This document shows positions 1 through 8,875 of a stretch of DNA of 64,000 nt, one piece after another; the stretch's first letter is position 1, and every line of letters begins with the position of its first letter. Source of the DNA: Escherichia phage vB_EcoM_G17; sequence record MK327931.1; one strand, written 5' to 3'. Position numbers and translations under genes: made by a program. The notes beneath the pieces are model-generated. The model did no database searches, had not been told where the DNA came from, and saw only the letters and a program-made list of their open reading frames with translations.

Positions 1-1998
1 TGCACCATATAGACTGTTTAGAAGAATCTTACGAATCTGTTGGTTCTGTTTCCAGAAAGCACTACGTTGTTTGAAGTAATCTTTTTCTTCTTTAGGACAG
101 AAAATACGACCATCTTTTAGTACTAAACCATTTTCTACAATCAACTTAGCAACTTCATCCCATTGTCCTTTACCAATTTCTTTACGAAGTAAGTATACAG
201 GATCATTATCATGAATATTAGTTCTAAACATTGTACCAGGGGTATAGTTTGATAGTAGTGGTTCGACTTTTTCATAGCCATTAAACTCCCAACCATCAGT
301 ATACATATGTTTATAGTCAATGACCATTTTTTGCTGTGCTTTACGTTCAGAATACCATTGAGTTAGAATGTCAGGAATTACACCAGACTTAGACTTATCA
401 AAAAGTGTTCCGTTTGCACTAAGTACAATAGTACTATCTTCTGCAAAAATAATATCATATAGCTCTTTGCCCGTTGCTTTAAAAGAACTCCCATCTTCTA
501 AATCAACAATCAATGTTTCTTCTGACTTTTCATGAACCATTGTAAATTCAACAGCAGCAAATAAACCATGCCATGCCGCAGTCCAATCTGGTTCAAATGA
601 TTTAGATTTAGATTTGTTCTTCTGTTCTTGGATTTTAGCTGCAAGATACGCATCGGTGTAATCTTGACGTAATTGACCAAGAATACATTCAGTACTCATA
701 CCCAAAGTACGTAGAACAGTAGGGTAAAGAGAGTTAAAGTCAGTACACCCAAGGTCACTTACAAGTCCTAGTACTGGATCTTGTACCCATGCACCTGCTG
801 CTTTTGCACTAATTTTCTCATCTTCATCTTCACCATCTTCACCATAATATTCCATTTCTGGATCAAACTCAAGATCATCTTTAGGTGCTTTGTTAAAAAC
901 AACTTCACCACGAGTATGTGCTAAGTTGATAATAGCAGTGTCGATTAGTGCTACTGAACCCATTGTTGTGCTGATAAGTACACATTCTTTGTGTGCAAGT
1001 CGATTGTGTAGGTTGATATAGTCACATTTAGCATCAATCTTTTTAAGAAGAATACTATCCTGTTTAGAATAACGCAAGAAAGTAATGTAATCCTCTCTGT
1101 AAAGTTTATCCAATGAACCTTCATATGATACTTTATTTTCTTTAGTTACTTTTTCAGCAATATAATCTAGTTTATAAGATTGTTCAACTTGACCAGCATG
1201 TTTCTTATACAAAGCCAAATAATCAAGATGGACGCGACCTACCAGATCATATGTTTGAACAGTTTTACCAAAGTTGTCTGCTTCACGTGAATTTGGTTTT
1301 TTATTCCATAAACACCAACGAGCAGTTGTTGCTTCATTGAAGATTTTTTTAGTTCGATTGATCATATATGGAATATCAAAGAATTCACTATTCCATCCTG
1401 AAATAACATCAGAATCATCAATTAAACTAAAGAATTCCATAAACATTTCCTTTTCGTCTGTATATAAAATTACAGTACTGTTAGGATCGTTTGTTTCTTC
1501 ATTTAGTTGGCGAACAATATCTTGTGCTTCATAAATTTCCATATCAGCAGGTGGTAAAGTAAGTACATAATCCTTTCCAGTCCACGATTGATATAGAGAA
1601 ATAGCGGTTACTCGGTTAAACGGGTCTGATGGTGGAGCATAACCAAATTTCTTATGGAAATCAGTCTCGATATCGAAGAACACGATGTTCAAATCGGGTG
1701 AACCTTTTCCCATATATTCTTTAGCTAATGTTTTAAATGTAATGTTACAATCACTTTCAAAAATACGTAGACCTTCACTTTTGTGTTGCTCTACACTTTT
1801 ATTCATTTGAGCTTGAGTTTGAAACTCAAAATGTTTAGCCATTGTACCATAAACAGTTTTATGTGTTCCTTGTGGGGATTCAACATAATATTCATATACT
1901 GGATCTAATTCGCGTAGAATACGTTTACCATTCTTACGTTCAACTACATGAAGAATATCACCAGTACGTTTACGTTCCATATAAGCATCGATATACAT
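1..1998 (-). CDS. Family B DNA polymerase (T4 gp43-like), partial: N-terminal ~666 aa, 3' end lies beyond window start
   Basis: Reverse-strand translation is open from ATG at 1996-1998 to position 1; contains exonuclease motif FDIETD, polymerase motif DFNSLYPT (DxxSLYPS-like) and ends in RKILLNSLYGA (KxxxNSxYG motif B). AAGGGA Shine-Dalgarno 8 nt upstream of ATG. Not in ORF track because the stop is outside the window. Confidence 0.9.
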   Translation of the reverse strand, partial: MYIDAYMERKRTGDILHVVERKNGKRILRELDPVYEYYVESPQGTHKTVYGTMAKHFEFQTQAQMNKSVEQHKSEGLRIFESDCNITFKTLAKEYMGKGSPDLNIVFFDIETDFHKKFGYAPPSDPFNRVTAISLYQSWTGKDYVLTLPPADMEIYEAQDIVRQLNEETNDPNSTVILYTDEKEMFMEFFSLIDDSDVISGWNSEFFDIPYMINRTKKIFNEATTARWCLWNKKPNSREADNFGKTVQTYDLVGRVHLDYLALYKKHAGQVEQSYKLDYIAEKVTKENKVSYEGSLDKLYREDYITFLRYSKQDSILLKKIDAKCDYINLHNRLAHKECVLISTTMGSVALIDTAIINLAHTRGEVVFNKAPKDDLEFDPEMEYYGEDGEDEDEKISAKAAGAWVQDPVLGLVSDLGCTDFNSLYPTVLRTLGMSTECILGQLRQDYTDAYLAAKIQEQKNKSKSKSFEPDWTAAWHGLFAAVEFTMVHEKSEETLIVDLEDGSSFKATGKELYDIIFAEDSTIVLSANGTLFDKSKSGVIPDILTQWYSERKAQQKMVIDYKHMYTDGWEFNGYEKVEPLLSNYTPGTMFRTNIHDNDPVYLLRKEIGKGQWDEVAKLIVENGLVLKDGRIFCPKEEKDYFKQRSAFWKQNQQIRKILLNSLYGA

Positions 1999-2025
1999 CG
2001 TTTGTATTCCCTTACGTTTATTAAG

Positions 2026-2055
2026 TTAAAAAGAAAGCCTCCGTCATTGGAGGCT
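2026..2055 (-). terminator. Putative rho-independent terminator between small acidic gene and DNA polymerase gene
   Basis: Inverted repeat agcctcc/ggaggct (2036-2042 / 2049-2055) followed on the minus strand by a T-rich run (plus-strand aaaaagaa 2028-2035). Confidence 0.45.
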
Positions 2056-2077
2056 ATTTAATATATTTTAGTACTAA

Positions 2078-2380
2078 TTAGTAATCATCTGCTTGTGGAA
2101 GATTATTAGTAACACTAAGAATAGTTTCGATATTATCGAGTTTATTTTGTTTGTCAAAGTAATCACCTTTGTACATACGTTGTGCAGCTTGTTTGATATC
2201 AGATGCATCGATACCAAGTTCATCAGAAACACTAGAAACAAAATCAGATAAGGATGCTTTGGTATCATCAATGAAAGTTAGTTGTACAACAATGTTGTTA
2301 AGTGCATCGCCGAGACGTTTACGTTGTTCATCGTTTAGATCACGAATTTCAACTTTAACTTCTTTTTTAGATTTAGCCAT
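2078..2380 (-). CDS. Small acidic hypothetical protein (~100 aa)
   Basis: ORF track 2078..2407; the track start is TTG, the internal ATG at 2378-2380 (MAKSKKEV...) is preceded by GGAG with 9 nt spacing. Product is Asp/Glu-rich. No recognisable family. Confidence 0.55.
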   Translation of the reverse strand: MAKSKKEVKVEIRDLNDEQRKRLGDALNNIVVQLTFIDDTKASLSDFVSSVSDELGIDASDIKQAAQRMYKGDYFDKQNKLDNIETILSVTNNLPQADDY

Positions 2381-2470
2381 TTTGTATTTCTCCATGTGTG
2401 TTTTCAAAAAAATGTCACCTCACCACAATCGGTGAGATGACTTAATTGTATCACGTCTTTACGTGTTGTC

Positions 2471-2986
2471 TCATTTTTTTTCCGGTTTAACTGGAAATGA
2501 AAATGTTTTCTTGATCATGTCTGCTGGTTTGATTGAATTCAATTGCGTTACATAATCTTTCAATTTTACAAACAATACAGCTTCTTCATCAGTTGCTAAC
2601 TCAAGATCCATAGCAGTTTTTAAGTGTCCAAGTTCTTGAATTGCAATGTATTTCAAATTAGATAATTCATTTTTTAGGCGTTCAATTTTTTCTTCTTTAG
2701 TTTCAATATAGTCATGAATAGTATTTCCATCGTAAACCATACCATAAAGTTTGTTAATATCACCATCATATTCAATTTCAGAAACACTAAAACCTAAAGG
2801 TACTAGATCATAAATGTTATATGATGCTGAAACAATTAAACCATTAGTATCATACATAAATTTTGCTTTATTAATGTCAAACAATTCACGAGATTCATAC
2901 CAATCCATACCTTCATCGGACATCATATACAAAGAATTAGGATTACCACCTTCTTTTTCATACATCTTAAAATTTGTTAGTTGCAT
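2471..2986 (-). CDS. Tail fiber assembly chaperone (lambda Tfa / T4 gp38-like class)
   Basis: ORF track 2471..3028; ATG at 2984-2986 sits just after the fiber stop with TAAGGA Shine-Dalgarno overlapping that stop. Protein resembles Tfa-family chaperones in general pattern (N-terminal WY.SR.LFD, C-terminal KDYV..LN.I.P.D) and lies immediately downstream of a fiber gene. Confidence 0.55.
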   Translation of the reverse strand: MQLTNFKMYEKEGGNPNSLYMMSDEGMDWYESRELFDINKAKFMYDTNGLIVSASYNIYDLVPLGFSVSEIEYDGDINKLYGMVYDGNTIHDYIETKEEKIERLKNELSNLKYIAIQELGHLKTAMDLELATDEEAVLFVKLKDYVTQLNSIKPADMIKKTFSFPVKPEKK

Positions 2987-2996
2987 TACACATTCC

Positions 2997-4607
2997 TTAT
3001 TGTTGACGTACTGTTTCCCAGTTACCATTTATTTGCATTTGAACATAGCGATAACTAATTCGTTCTAAGTGAGTGCCTGAACTACCATTAACAGAAATCC
3101 ATACGCCATCCATAAATGCACCTTCTGGTGTATATGTCCATGAAGAATCAGGTATTTTACTTGTTTCAATACGTGCACTCAAACGAATACTTTGTACGTT
3201 ATTAGTACTAATTTGCAAAGTAACGTTGCCACTAGCATCAGCAGCAGTACCGTTAATTGAACGAACAATATTTTTACCACCAACAGTAGCTGAGTTGTTA
3301 GAAACAGTTAATGATGGAGCAGCTAACGTACCAGAAGAGTTTACAGTAACTTCTGCTCCACCGGAACGTAATCTCAATGTATTATTTGAAGAGTTATGAT
3401 ACACTGCCGCACGCTCACCACCGCTTGCGTTACGGAAATATAGAACTAATGATGTATCATTTGACTTAATTGACGCACTGTTTGCAATAGTCAATGAACC
3501 AGTCATTGTATCACCAGTTTTTAGTACATAACGAGTGTTTGCAACTTTTTCACTCAATGCGACGTTAGATTCAGCAATGTTATATAGATATGCAACGTTA
3601 AAGTGTTCCACATCAATGTTACTAATACCATGATAGTGTGGTTGGTTTCCACCAAGTGTGTTAGTGTTTCCACTAAATGAGTGAATGTGGTCTGGTGCTT
3701 CGTTAATGTTATTGATTACAGTTGGTATACCGTTATCATTACTTGAAGTTAACGCATTTAGACCACTACGGTCCATACCTTTTAGTGCTTGACTATGACC
3801 ATGACGACCAGCAGCCCCTGTGGTCCCACTAAAACTAAATGAGTGTGATGGTAATTGGGCAACACTTAATACTGTGCCGCTAATATTACCGCTACTACCA
3901 ATAACACTATCAGTTTTAGTTACACCTGATGTGGATATCCCTTTTAAGTACGCGTTTTGGTTAAGGTTTGGTACTTGTTTGGTAATTGTACCATTTTCCC
4001 CCTCCCATTGCCACCACATACCATCAGCAAAACACCAACCGTCAGACGTTTTCCACGGAGCACCTTGTGAACCGTTTCTCCCACTTTGTCCATTCGATTG
4101 TCCTGACATTTGTTCACGTATACTAGCAACAGATTGACCAGAAGTCAATGAATATTGTGTAATAGCACCAGGTTTAAGTGAAGTGTAAAGACCAGTTGGA
4201 CCAGAACCACCACTAGAAGCAGTAGGGAATACAATGTTTAAGTTTGTTCCACTAATACTTGCACTAGGAACAGTACTACTACTATAAGTTACACTTTCTA
4301 CTTTTAAATTTAGTTTTCTATTTACTTCATCAAGTGAAATTCTAATTGGTTCTAAAATGGTATCAGTATCGTATACTGCAATCCAACTAGTACCGTTATG
4401 ATACTTCAAAACTAACTCGTTTCTATCAAAGACCATTGCACCTTGTTCACCAGTTGGTAAAGTTTGTACTGGTATGATAACTGATGACGAGTTAAAACGA
4501 ATAGGTCTTGGGTTAGTTGGTGTACCACCAAGCACTATTAGTTCTAAAGATCCATTAGCACCAGTACTGGTCATTGTATCCAATGGGTTATTAAAACTTA
4601 TGCTCAT
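2997..4607 (-). CDS. Tail fiber / receptor-binding protein with His-x-His motifs
   Basis: 536-aa ORF, Ser/Thr/Gly/Asn-rich, contains PDHIHSFSG and QPHYHGISN (HxH motifs as in metal-binding fiber tips such as T4 gp37/gp12), followed by a Tfa-like gene; AAGGGA RBS. Confidence 0.7.
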   Translation of the reverse strand: MSISFNNPLDTMTSTGANGSLELIVLGGTPTNPRPIRFNSSSVIIPVQTLPTGEQGAMVFDRNELVLKYHNGTSWIAVYDTDTILEPIRISLDEVNRKLNLKVESVTYSSSTVPSASISGTNLNIVFPTASSGGSGPTGLYTSLKPGAITQYSLTSGQSVASIREQMSGQSNGQSGRNGSQGAPWKTSDGWCFADGMWWQWEGENGTITKQVPNLNQNAYLKGISTSGVTKTDSVIGSSGNISGTVLSVAQLPSHSFSFSGTTGAAGRHGHSQALKGMDRSGLNALTSSNDNGIPTVINNINEAPDHIHSFSGNTNTLGGNQPHYHGISNIDVEHFNVAYLYNIAESNVALSEKVANTRYVLKTGDTMTGSLTIANSASIKSNDTSLVLYFRNASGGERAAVYHNSSNNTLRLRSGGAEVTVNSSGTLAAPSLTVSNNSATVGGKNIVRSINGTAADASGNVTLQISTNNVQSIRLSARIETSKIPDSSWTYTPEGAFMDGVWISVNGSSGTHLERISYRYVQMQINGNWETVRQQ

Positions 4608-4647
4608 GTATAAATCCCTTTATGATTAATATATACTATATTTATTC

Positions 4648-4956
4648 CTATAGCAAGTCGTTATCCATATCATCCCATACGGAATCAATAATGTTGGCTG
4701 CTATCTTTTTAGACATTTTAAACCACTCGGTATTGGGTTGTCTAGTTGCATTCATCTGCTTAAGCCTTTTATGTATTTCTTTTTCAGCCAAACGTGCATC
4801 ATCAAAATGAACTTCATGATATACTTCAAAGTCACGAAATGGTGTAGCAGTCTGATACGTTCTTAGACGTTCTGTCATTTCTGATTTTGAAGTAAAACCA
4901 ATTTTAACATACTCAGGCCATGCAGAATTTATTATAACATAACATATCTGTGACAT
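4648..4956 (-). CDS. T5orf172 / GIY-YIG-like domain protein
   Basis: ORF track 4648..4974; probable start ATG 4954-4956 (GGAG 9 nt upstream). Motif CYVIINS...YVKIGFT...RLR matches the GIY...YIG...R pattern of the T5orf172 class. Confidence 0.55.
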   Translation of the reverse strand: MSQICYVIINSAWPEYVKIGFTSKSEMTERLRTYQTATPFRDFEVYHEVHFDDARLAEKEIHKRLKQMNATRQPNTEWFKMSKKIAANIIDSVWDDMDNDLL

Positions 4957-4995
4957 AGATTCAATCTCCATCATTAATATGGAGATATTTATCTA

Positions 4996-5346
4996 TCAAC
5001 TAATAGTGAATTTCAAACCAATATCTATTAAACGTTGAAAAGGATTATGGGGCTGAAATTCAGAAGGTTCTTGTGTAATGTTTAGTACTGGAGCGTCTGA
5101 GTGTAATTGTGACATACGTTCCCTATAATGATCTATGTATTCTTCATATAACATATCTTCAGTATGTGTGTTTAGTATATCTTCTATAAAAGAATCTAAA
5201 CTATAATCCAATCTATCATCATTATAATACAATGTTTCAGTGGCTTCATCATATCCAACTAACGTACCATAAGGAACATTTATTTCTATATTTGAGTACT
5301 GACTCTTTAAGTACTCTTCTTTGTTAAATTTGTATACAGTTAACAT
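4996..5346 (-). CDS. Hypothetical protein
   Basis: ORF track 4996..5355 (TTG); ATG at 5344-5346 with AAGGAG 9 nt upstream. No recognisable motif. Confidence 0.5.
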   Translation of the reverse strand: MLTVYKFNKEEYLKSQYSNIEINVPYGTLVGYDEATETLYYNDDRLDYSLDSFIEDILNTHTEDMLYEEYIDHYRERMSQLHSDAPVLNITQEPSEFQPHNPFQRLIDIGLKFTIS

Positions 5347-5369
5347 CCGTGTCAACTCCTTTAGATTGT

Positions 5370-6293
5370 TTACTTAAAAGTATTTACAATTTCTAAAACA
5401 CTTTCAAGATACTTAGCATCAAATGTTTCAGTAAATCCTGACGGTAACTCTTCAGTACTTACAACACCACTTTCAATGTATTTCTTTATGAACTTTTCCA
5501 ACAGTAATGGTTGATTGCCATCTTCAAAGTAGCGTTCTACAAGTACTTCATGCTCGAACTCAGAATTGCGACTTTGTTCGTTTACACGGCGTTTCATATC
5601 ACCAGTGATTCCATACTTGTACACCGTCTTGTCATTGTTAGTTAGTTTTTGAACATAGAAATATCCAGGTTTTGATGGTTGATAACCATACTCACCACAT
5701 GATGGACATCCTCTTCCTGCCATATGAGATTTGGGTATTTGTTTAAAGACACCATGTTCAGGACAAATAATATCCACATGTTCATCACTAGTCTTGTAAT
5801 CCACCAAGCTATAATCATACTTATGGTTATGGATAGGCGACACAAGTTCAATGAAACGTTCAGTACTTCTTCCACCTTTACCAGAACATATTCCACAACT
5901 AGTTTTTCCTTTTAATAATGTTGCGGCTGATACTTCCCAATCATGCACATCATTCGGATCATTATGACATGTAACGATGACTCGCCCATTACTGTCACTT
6001 TGTTTTTTGTAGATAGTTTTCTCAAATGACAATGTTGGATGGATGGTTTTAACTTTTTCAATAAACGTTTCGGTCGTGTATGCTGTGTTTTTTTGACAAA
6101 TGTTACATCCTTTTGCAGAAGGTCGGACTATTTGCATAGGAGTGATTTTGAAATAATGACAACCTTCTACACAATAAAGTTCAACCTGTTTATGAGCATT
6201 AATATATACCATTTTATCAAACAAATACACACCAGTACCATACTTTTCATTCACTGCATTAATAAATTTTTCTTCATTTGGATTCATTGTCAT
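5370..6293 (-). CDS. Cys/His-rich (zinc-ribbon-like repeats) protein with C-terminal GIY-YIG-like (T5orf172-type) motif; possible DNA-binding or nuclease-related selfish gene
   Basis: 307-aa ORF with repeated modules ending in CxxC (GCNICQ, SCGICSG, GCPSCG) and His-containing spacers, then PGYFYVQKL...YKYGITGDMKRRV near the C-terminus. Confidence 0.55.
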   Translation of the reverse strand: MTMNPNEEKFINAVNEKYGTGVYLFDKMVYINAHKQVELYCVEGCHYFKITPMQIVRPSAKGCNICQKNTAYTTETFIEKVKTIHPTLSFEKTIYKKQSDSNGRVIVTCHNDPNDVHDWEVSAATLLKGKTSCGICSGKGGRSTERFIELVSPIHNHKYDYSLVDYKTSDEHVDIICPEHGVFKQIPKSHMAGRGCPSCGEYGYQPSKPGYFYVQKLTNNDKTVYKYGITGDMKRRVNEQSRNSEFEHEVLVERYFEDGNQPLLLEKFIKKYIESGVVSTEELPSGFTETFDAKYLESVLEIVNTFK

Positions 6294-6347
6294 TTCTCTT
6301 CTTCATTTATAATGTACGCGTATTATTACACAAAAAATGTGACATGT

Positions 6348-6382
6348 CAACACAAAAAAGAAAAGGGACTCCGAAGAGTCCC
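6348..6382 (-). terminator. Rho-independent terminator downstream of major capsid gene
   Basis: Perfect 7-bp stem gggactc/gagtccc (6365-6382) with UUCG tetraloop on the minus-strand transcript, followed by T-run (plus-strand A-run 6348-6364). Confidence 0.65.
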
Positions 6383-6426
6383 TATTGTTTTTAATTTCTT
6401 GATTAAATCTTTTAAATCGATTACAA

Positions 6427-7602
6427 TTACATGAAAGTAACGTTTTTGATAGCGATTTTGCTGTAGTAGTCAGCAGCGTTACCAAGAGAAGAAGTACTAT
6501 CAGTCAATTGTACATAACCATACCTGGTAAGGAAAGTTGTGACCAATTCCCCAGTGTTAGGGTCCATTACAGTACCGGAAGCCATTAGTGGGATGTATGG
6601 GCAATAGAACACACCAGCATCAGTTTCTGCATTACCTTTATAACCAATTAGAATATCTTCTGCATCACTTGCATAAGTATCAACAAAAATACGCATAGTG
6701 CTGTTTAGAGTACCTACAAACTTAACGTTAGTTGGGGCTTCGAAAGTACCTTCAGTGGTACGTGCAAAGCTAGAAGTAGTAGCAGATTGTAGAATGGTTA
6801 GTGCAGTTGGGGAAACAACAGCCCAGTTTGCAGCACCACGCTTAGTACGACGAGCAACTTCGTTTGCTTGACGGTTAATTAGAGTTGCTAGAGCAGCGTG
6901 CTCATCACCAACGAAGGTTGCAACACCAGTAACTTTAGATTGGTCATAAGTTACAGCAGCAGCACCAGGTAGTGCACGTAGACGGCTTAGTAGCTCTTGG
7001 TCGATTTCTACGGTAACTTCTTGAGCGATTGCAGCCATTAGTTCTGCTTCAACGTCAACACCATGTTGGGATTGTGCATCTTGTGCAGATTCAACAGTCC
7101 AACGTGCAGATAGACGACGAGATTTCGCTTCAACAGTTTCACGTAGAATACGGATGTTAACGCGACGACCCATAGTACCTTCTAGTTGGCTAGTAGGAGC
7201 AGCTTGTGGGTTGCTATTATCCGCATTTAGATCACCAGAGTAAGATTTAGCGATTTTGTATGGAGAAAGCATTTCTTCACCAGCGATTACACCAGGTGCG
7301 TTATCAGCATATTGTACACGTAGGGTGTGGATCTGACCAACTGGACCAGTCATAGGTTGAACACCGATGATTTCGTTAGCAATAACGGTTGGCATTACAC
7401 GACGCATAATTGGTAGAATCACTTTGTTTAGAGTAGCGATGTTACCAGCGGTAGTTGCACCAGAAGTTGCGGATTCAGTTAGCATAACTTTACGATGGTT
7501 ATCAAGAACAGTTTCCATTACAGACTTACGAGTACCCTGTAGACCTTCAACTAGTTTCTCTTTTACTGCTACCCATTTGGATTCATTTAGTAGTTGTGAC
7601 AT
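6427..7602 (-). CDS. Major capsid protein (T4 gp23-like)
   Basis: 391-aa ORF; segments IANEIIGVQPMTGPVGQIHTLRVQY, IEAKSRRLSARWTVESAQDAQSQHGVDVEAEL and GYKGNAETDAGVFYCPYIPL align with conserved gp23 blocks; AAGGAGA RBS; TATAAATA box upstream. Confidence 0.9.
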   Translation of the reverse strand: MSQLLNESKWVAVKEKLVEGLQGTRKSVMETVLDNHRKVMLTESATSGATTAGNIATLNKVILPIMRRVMPTVIANEIIGVQPMTGPVGQIHTLRVQYADNAPGVIAGEEMLSPYKIAKSYSGDLNADNSNPQAAPTSQLEGTMGRRVNIRILRETVEAKSRRLSARWTVESAQDAQSQHGVDVEAELMAAIAQEVTVEIDQELLSRLRALPGAAAVTYDQSKVTGVATFVGDEHAALATLINRQANEVARRTKRGAANWAVVSPTALTILQSATTSSFARTTEGTFEAPTNVKFVGTLNSTMRIFVDTYASDAEDILIGYKGNAETDAGVFYCPYIPLMASGTVMDPNTGELVTTFLTRYGYVQLTDSTSSLGNAADYYSKIAIKNVTFM

Positions 7603-7647
7603 TATATATCTCCTTAAAGATGTTATATTCGTTTTTCAGTATGATAT

Positions 7648-7655
7648 TATTTATA
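7648..7655 (-). promoter_or_regulatory. T4-type late promoter box TATAAATA upstream of major capsid gene
   Basis: Plus-strand tatttata at 7648-7655 = TATAAATA on minus strand, ~45 nt upstream of the MCP ATG; a gp55-like sigma factor is encoded in the window. Confidence 0.6.
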
Positions 7656-7693
7656 GAACTGAAAAATTTGATTATTAAAATGCTTTAAAATGT

Positions 7694-8809
7694 TTATTTT
7701 TTATTGATACCTGAAAGAACATCTAGTTCTTTTAGGAATGCCATATCGTCAGCGGTCATTTCTTCGCTTTCAACAATAGCCTGACGGTTGCCAGTGATTA
7801 CTTTACCTTCTGCAAGAGTTTTCTTAGCGGAAGACTGAACTGCTTGACGAGTGGTAGCAGATTCATTTACTTTAGTACCGTTAAGTACTGACTTATGGTA
7901 CTTGCTGAAATCTTCTTTAAGCTTTTCAGTAGGTGAAGTAGCTAGAAGGGATTCCATAATTTGTTTTTGCTGTGCAGTTAGTGGTTTTACTAGTTCAGAC
8001 ATAATCGCATTACGTGCTTGTGCATCTTCCATAATACGTAGTTTGGTTTTAGCAGCTTTAACGGCATTAGCAGTTTCATGTAGTTCTTGCTTAACTTGAG
8101 CAATTTCATCTTCTTTAGATTTAATTGATTCAGTTAGGGAACGTAGCAATGAGTTTTCATTAAATTGTTTGACATTAAACTCTTGAGCAAATGCTTCAAA
8201 GATTTTACGACCAAACATATTTTGTTTTGCTTCCACTAGATCTTGTTTCAACGCATATAGATTCTTCTGAGTGGTTTCTGCAATATATTTAGCAGCACTT
8301 TCAGATGTACGTTTGATGAAGTTATTACGAGCTTCAGCAATTTGACGTGAACCTTCAGCAAGTAGTTTAACGCGAGTTTCTACTAGTTGGCGTTTTTCAG
8401 TGTGGAATTCTTTTAGCTCTTCTGCTAGGATACCGTTAGAAAAATTAACGAATTTACCCATGCATTCATGAAGATGCTTACGTTCTTTACGCATTTGTTT
8501 AACTTCTTCAGCCAAAACAGAGTTTGAAAACGCAGAGAAATTGCTTAGTGTTTTACGTAGAGTTACACGATCTTCAACGAGACGTTTTTTCTCTTCATAT
8601 ACAGCACCCATTTCTTCAGCAATGACTTGAGTAACCATCGTGTTCAAACCTTCGGTTAGTTCAGCCAAATCTTGCTGATAACGGCCTTTCATTTCTTCAC
8701 GCATCTCTGCGGCTAGTGTATTCTTTTCTTCATTCCATGCTTCCTGAATTAGCTGTTTTGCCTCATCAGAAAGAGATGATTCTTTTAGAAGCTTTTCTAA
8801 TTTAGACAT
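7694..8809 (-). CDS. Prohead scaffold / core protein (gp22-like)
   Basis: 371-aa highly charged, predicted helical/coiled-coil protein (EEMKGRYQQDLAEL..., many E/K/Q/L) located between protease and MCP genes as in T4; GGAGAG RBS. Confidence 0.65.
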   Translation of the reverse strand: MSKLEKLLKESSLSDEAKQLIQEAWNEEKNTLAAEMREEMKGRYQQDLAELTEGLNTMVTQVIAEEMGAVYEEKKRLVEDRVTLRKTLSNFSAFSNSVLAEEVKQMRKERKHLHECMGKFVNFSNGILAEELKEFHTEKRQLVETRVKLLAEGSRQIAEARNNFIKRTSESAAKYIAETTQKNLYALKQDLVEAKQNMFGRKIFEAFAQEFNVKQFNENSLLRSLTESIKSKEDEIAQVKQELHETANAVKAAKTKLRIMEDAQARNAIMSELVKPLTAQQKQIMESLLATSPTEKLKEDFSKYHKSVLNGTKVNESATTRQAVQSSAKKTLAEGKVITGNRQAIVESEEMTADDMAFLKELDVLSGINKK

Positions 8810-8856
8810 TCGTTCTCTCCTTTAAGTACTGAAATATCTGTACTTCAACATACAGA

Positions 8857-8864
8857 TATTTATA
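8857..8864 (-). promoter_or_regulatory. T4-type late promoter box TATAAATA upstream of scaffold gene
   Basis: Plus tatttata 8857-8864 = minus TATAAATA, ~48 nt upstream of ATG at 8809; overlaps a 9-bp inverted repeat (atatctgta/tacagatat, 8835-8862). Confidence 0.55.
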
Positions 8865-8875
8865 TTTTTAAAATG

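Noticed and set aside
1274-2024. Plus-strand ORFs 1274..1534 and 1842..2024 inside the DNA polymerase region
   Set aside because: They lie antisense to a polymerase reading frame that carries unmistakable family B motifs; short, no RBS, low-complexity products.
7367-8099. Plus-strand ORFs 7367..7678 and 7851..8099
   Set aside because: Antisense to the major capsid and scaffold genes and spanning the promoter region; no independent support.
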